From: Blastocatellia bacterium
GTDB taxonomy: Bacteria; Acidobacteriota; Blastocatellia; RBC074
Direction: 5' to 3'
Length of the DNA stretch: 64,000 bases
Assembly (NCBI GenBank): GCA_031409955.1
Contig: JANNYF010000152.1
Coordinates: 7,070-71,069 of the forward strand
Positions 62,269 through 64,000 of the stretch are shown in pieces. How positions within the stretch are numbered: position 1 is the stretch's first letter; every line of letters starts with the position of its first letter. Position numbers and translations under genes: made by a program. Under the pieces are notes generated by a model, which had not been told where the DNA came from, searched no databases, and saw nothing but the letters and a program-made list of their open reading frames with translations.

Positions 62269-62350
62269 AGTCGGAGAGTCGGGAGAGTCGGAGAGTTTGG
62301 AGAGTCGAGAGAGTCAATAGAGTCAGGACTCTTCAGACCCTAATTGACTC
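62269..62350. repeat. Inverted nonamer tandem-repeat element between fliE and fliF
   Basis: (AGTCGGAG(A))n x5-6 and a GACTC-containing partner arm that starts at the fliE stop. Confidence 0.82.
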
Positions 62351-62654
62351 AAACTTGCATGCGCATCACTTCTTCAAAAGCACCAATGAATTTGTTGCGC
62401 ACTTGCAGCGCCAGTTGAAAGCTGAGATCAGCGGTTTGCAACGCGGCGATGGTACGATGCAGGTCTTGCGATTCGCCTGTCACAGCTTTCCCAATCTCTT
62501 GCTCGGCACCTTTCTGCGTGCGATCCAACGTTTCAATCGAAGATTTCACATACTCGCCAAACGACGAAGAGCCAGCGCCCATAATCGAACTGGCTAAGGT
62601 CGGCGACGCAATCGGCGTCGGCGTCGTCAGGGCTAACGTTCCAGAAGTTTTCAT
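62349..62654 (-). CDS. fliE: Flagellar hook-basal body protein FliE
   Basis: SFGEYV..DLHRTIAALQTADLSFQLALQVRNK..EVMRMQV. Confidence 0.94.
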   Translation of the reverse strand: MKTSGTLALTTPTPIASPTLASSIMGAGSSSFGEYVKSSIETLDRTQKGAEQEIGKAVTGESQDLHRTIAALQTADLSFQLALQVRNKFIGAFEEVMRMQV

Positions 62655-63109
62655 TATGCTTCACCTAATTTGAGAGTGGCGCGCGCGAGTTCTTTGGCTG
62701 TATTGAACGCCGTAGCATTGGCTTCAAACGAGCGCGCGGCAGAGATCATATTGACGGTTTCTTCGAGCGGGTCTACGTCCGGCAACTTCACGTAGCCATC
62801 GGTATCCGCATCAGGATGTCCCGGGTCAAAGCGCCGGATGAATTGATCCGGTGGCGCGAGTTCCGCGCTGATCCGCACGCCCTGCGGCGCGCCCGATTGC
62901 GCATCGGCAAACAGGCTGGGCGAATCTGAAAATGAATTGTTCTCCTGTATCGCCACCGTTTCAAATACGATGTCGCGGCGACGATATGGCCCGCCTTCGT
63001 TGGTGCGCGTGGAATGCGCGTTGGCCAGGTTCGCGGCGGCAGTTTCCAACCGCTCGCGTTGTGCCGTCATACCTTGCGATGAAATTTTGAAGATGGTGAA
63101 TAGTGACAT
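62654..63109 (-). CDS. flgC: Flagellar basal-body rod protein FlgC
   Basis: GMTAQRERL..NLANA..PYRRR, DPGHPDAD..GYV..P.VD. Confidence 0.96.
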   Translation of the reverse strand: MSLFTIFKISSQGMTAQRERLETAAANLANAHSTRTNEGGPYRRRDIVFETVAIQENNSFSDSPSLFADAQSGAPQGVRISAELAPPDQFIRRFDPGHPDADTDGYVKLPDVDPLEETVNMISAARSFEANATAFNTAKELARATLKLGEA

Positions 63110-63163
63110 AATTGCTAATGCGAGAGCGCCAAGCTCAAATTTGAAATTTGAAATTGGCCCCGT

Positions 63164-63544
63164 TTACCTTCCCTCACGAATGGCCATCCGCAACGTGCGG
63201 ATGCGTGATTGCAGCATCGTGGTGCCGGTCAAATAATTCATGCCAGCATTCGAGAGAGCGGACATCTCCTGCCCGGGGTCTACGTTATTGCCATCCAGGC
63301 CGGACACGCGCTTGTTTTGCGCCACGACGCTCGGCGTGTGTTCAAATCCCGTGCCCATAGAACCGGGTGTCAACGCTTCGTCAGTGGCTTGCTTTAAGTA
63401 ATCAGCGAACTCTAGTTCCTGTGCCTGAAAACCGGGCGTGTCCACGTTGGCCAGGTTGCTGGCTACGATTTGTGCGCGCTGGCTGTGAACATCTAAAAAC
63501 TGAGTCAACAAATTGGTGATCCTATCCAGACCAGGTGCGTCCAT
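63164..63544 (-). CDS. flgB: Flagellar basal-body rod protein FlgB
   Basis: SNLANVDTPGF, DGNNVD; SD GGAGG. Confidence 0.95.
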   Translation of the reverse strand: MDAPGLDRITNLLTQFLDVHSQRAQIVASNLANVDTPGFQAQELEFADYLKQATDEALTPGSMGTGFEHTPSVVAQNKRVSGLDGNNVDPGQEMSALSNAGMNYLTGTTMLQSRIRTLRMAIREGR

Positions 63545-63570
63545 AGTCGAATACCTCCAACGGCAGTCTT

Positions 63571-63587
63571 AGCAACCATCGTGCCTG
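63571..63587 (-). promoter_or_regulatory. Sigma54 (-24/-12) promoter upstream of flgB
   Basis: Minus strand CAGGCACGATGGTTGCT gives GG-N10-GC with consensus GGCACG and TTGC. Confidence 0.8.
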
Positions 63588-63686
63588 AAGTGTAATTGGC
63601 GAAATTATTAGAGTTATTCCGATAGGTGGGAAAAGAAGAAGGCGCGCGCCTGCCAGCACGCCGACACTTACCGTAGGCACTGCCGT

Positions 63687-63699
63687 GATTTCGTCACTC
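63687..63699. promoter_or_regulatory. Putative enhancer (bEBP) site upstream of flgB
   Basis: GATTTCGTCACTC, identical to 50172-50184; a related TTTGTCACT lies at 63742-63750. Confidence 0.55.
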
Positions 63700-64000
63700 T
63701 TTCAGCCAGAGGCAAGCAAAATGACTGAATTCAGCCGGGCTTTTGTCACTTTCTCATATTTTCTTCTTGCATTACCTTACGTTTTCGCTAAACTGCGCCT
63801 GCCTCGACCCCGAACTCAACCTTTGACTCAAACATGTTAGCCCACGAATTTGATTTTTCAGCGGTTCCCACTCAACAAGAATACGCACCGCTTTGAACGC
63901 GGTATGGGACTTCTCACAACCTGACGAAAACCGTTCCCATGACGAGTTCATACAAGCAATGTTTCCGCCCTGGAAACCGATCTTAAATTATTGAGCGCGT

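Noticed and set aside
34005-63155. Tandem repeat arrays considered as CRISPR
   Set aside because: Units are 7-9 bp with no unique spacers, and no cas genes are present.
45243-63544. Cluster as a non-flagellar type III injectisome
   Set aside because: motAB, fliL, flgBCDE and fliE are flagellum-specific.

Overview
The 64 kb window is bacterial and gene-dense. Protein styles and intergenic repeats suggest Acidobacteriota, probably Blastocatellia; this is an inference, not a search result. In order it contains: the end of a pgl-like amino-sugar/glycosyltransferase operon; a cyclase, a LysR regulator and a MurK-like kinase plus murQ; a BNR sialidase-like gene, DDAH and a TonB-dependent receptor; a decayed ECF-sigma/Ser-Thr-kinase remnant; assorted metabolic genes; a frameshifted TraR/DksA gene, usp and ackA; a GspG-like/TPR/CAP operon; a five-to-six gene zinc-ribbon/FHA phosphothreonine signalling cluster (kinase, PP2C, PrsW-FHA fusion); lnt; oppD/oppF split by an AT-rich PIN cassette; a MarR-pirin-nitroreductase unit; two enoyl-CoA hydratases; and a 20-gene flagellar cluster (flgB to flhB, minus strand) with no fliM and no flhA. 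No rRNA, tRNA, CRISPR array or intact transposase was recognised. The most notable signals are four. (1) The FHA/kinase/phosphatase/intramembrane-protease cluster. (2) About 14 intergenic inverted 7-mer/9-mer tandem-repeat elements, consistently oriented with transcription; two end in an identical 19 bp that includes the next start codon. (3) Sigma54 and sigma28 flagellar promoters, with a 13-bp motif shared upstream of both sigma54 sites. (4) The A7 frameshift in the DksA-like gene. Start codons were adjusted by eye where the ORF track overextends.
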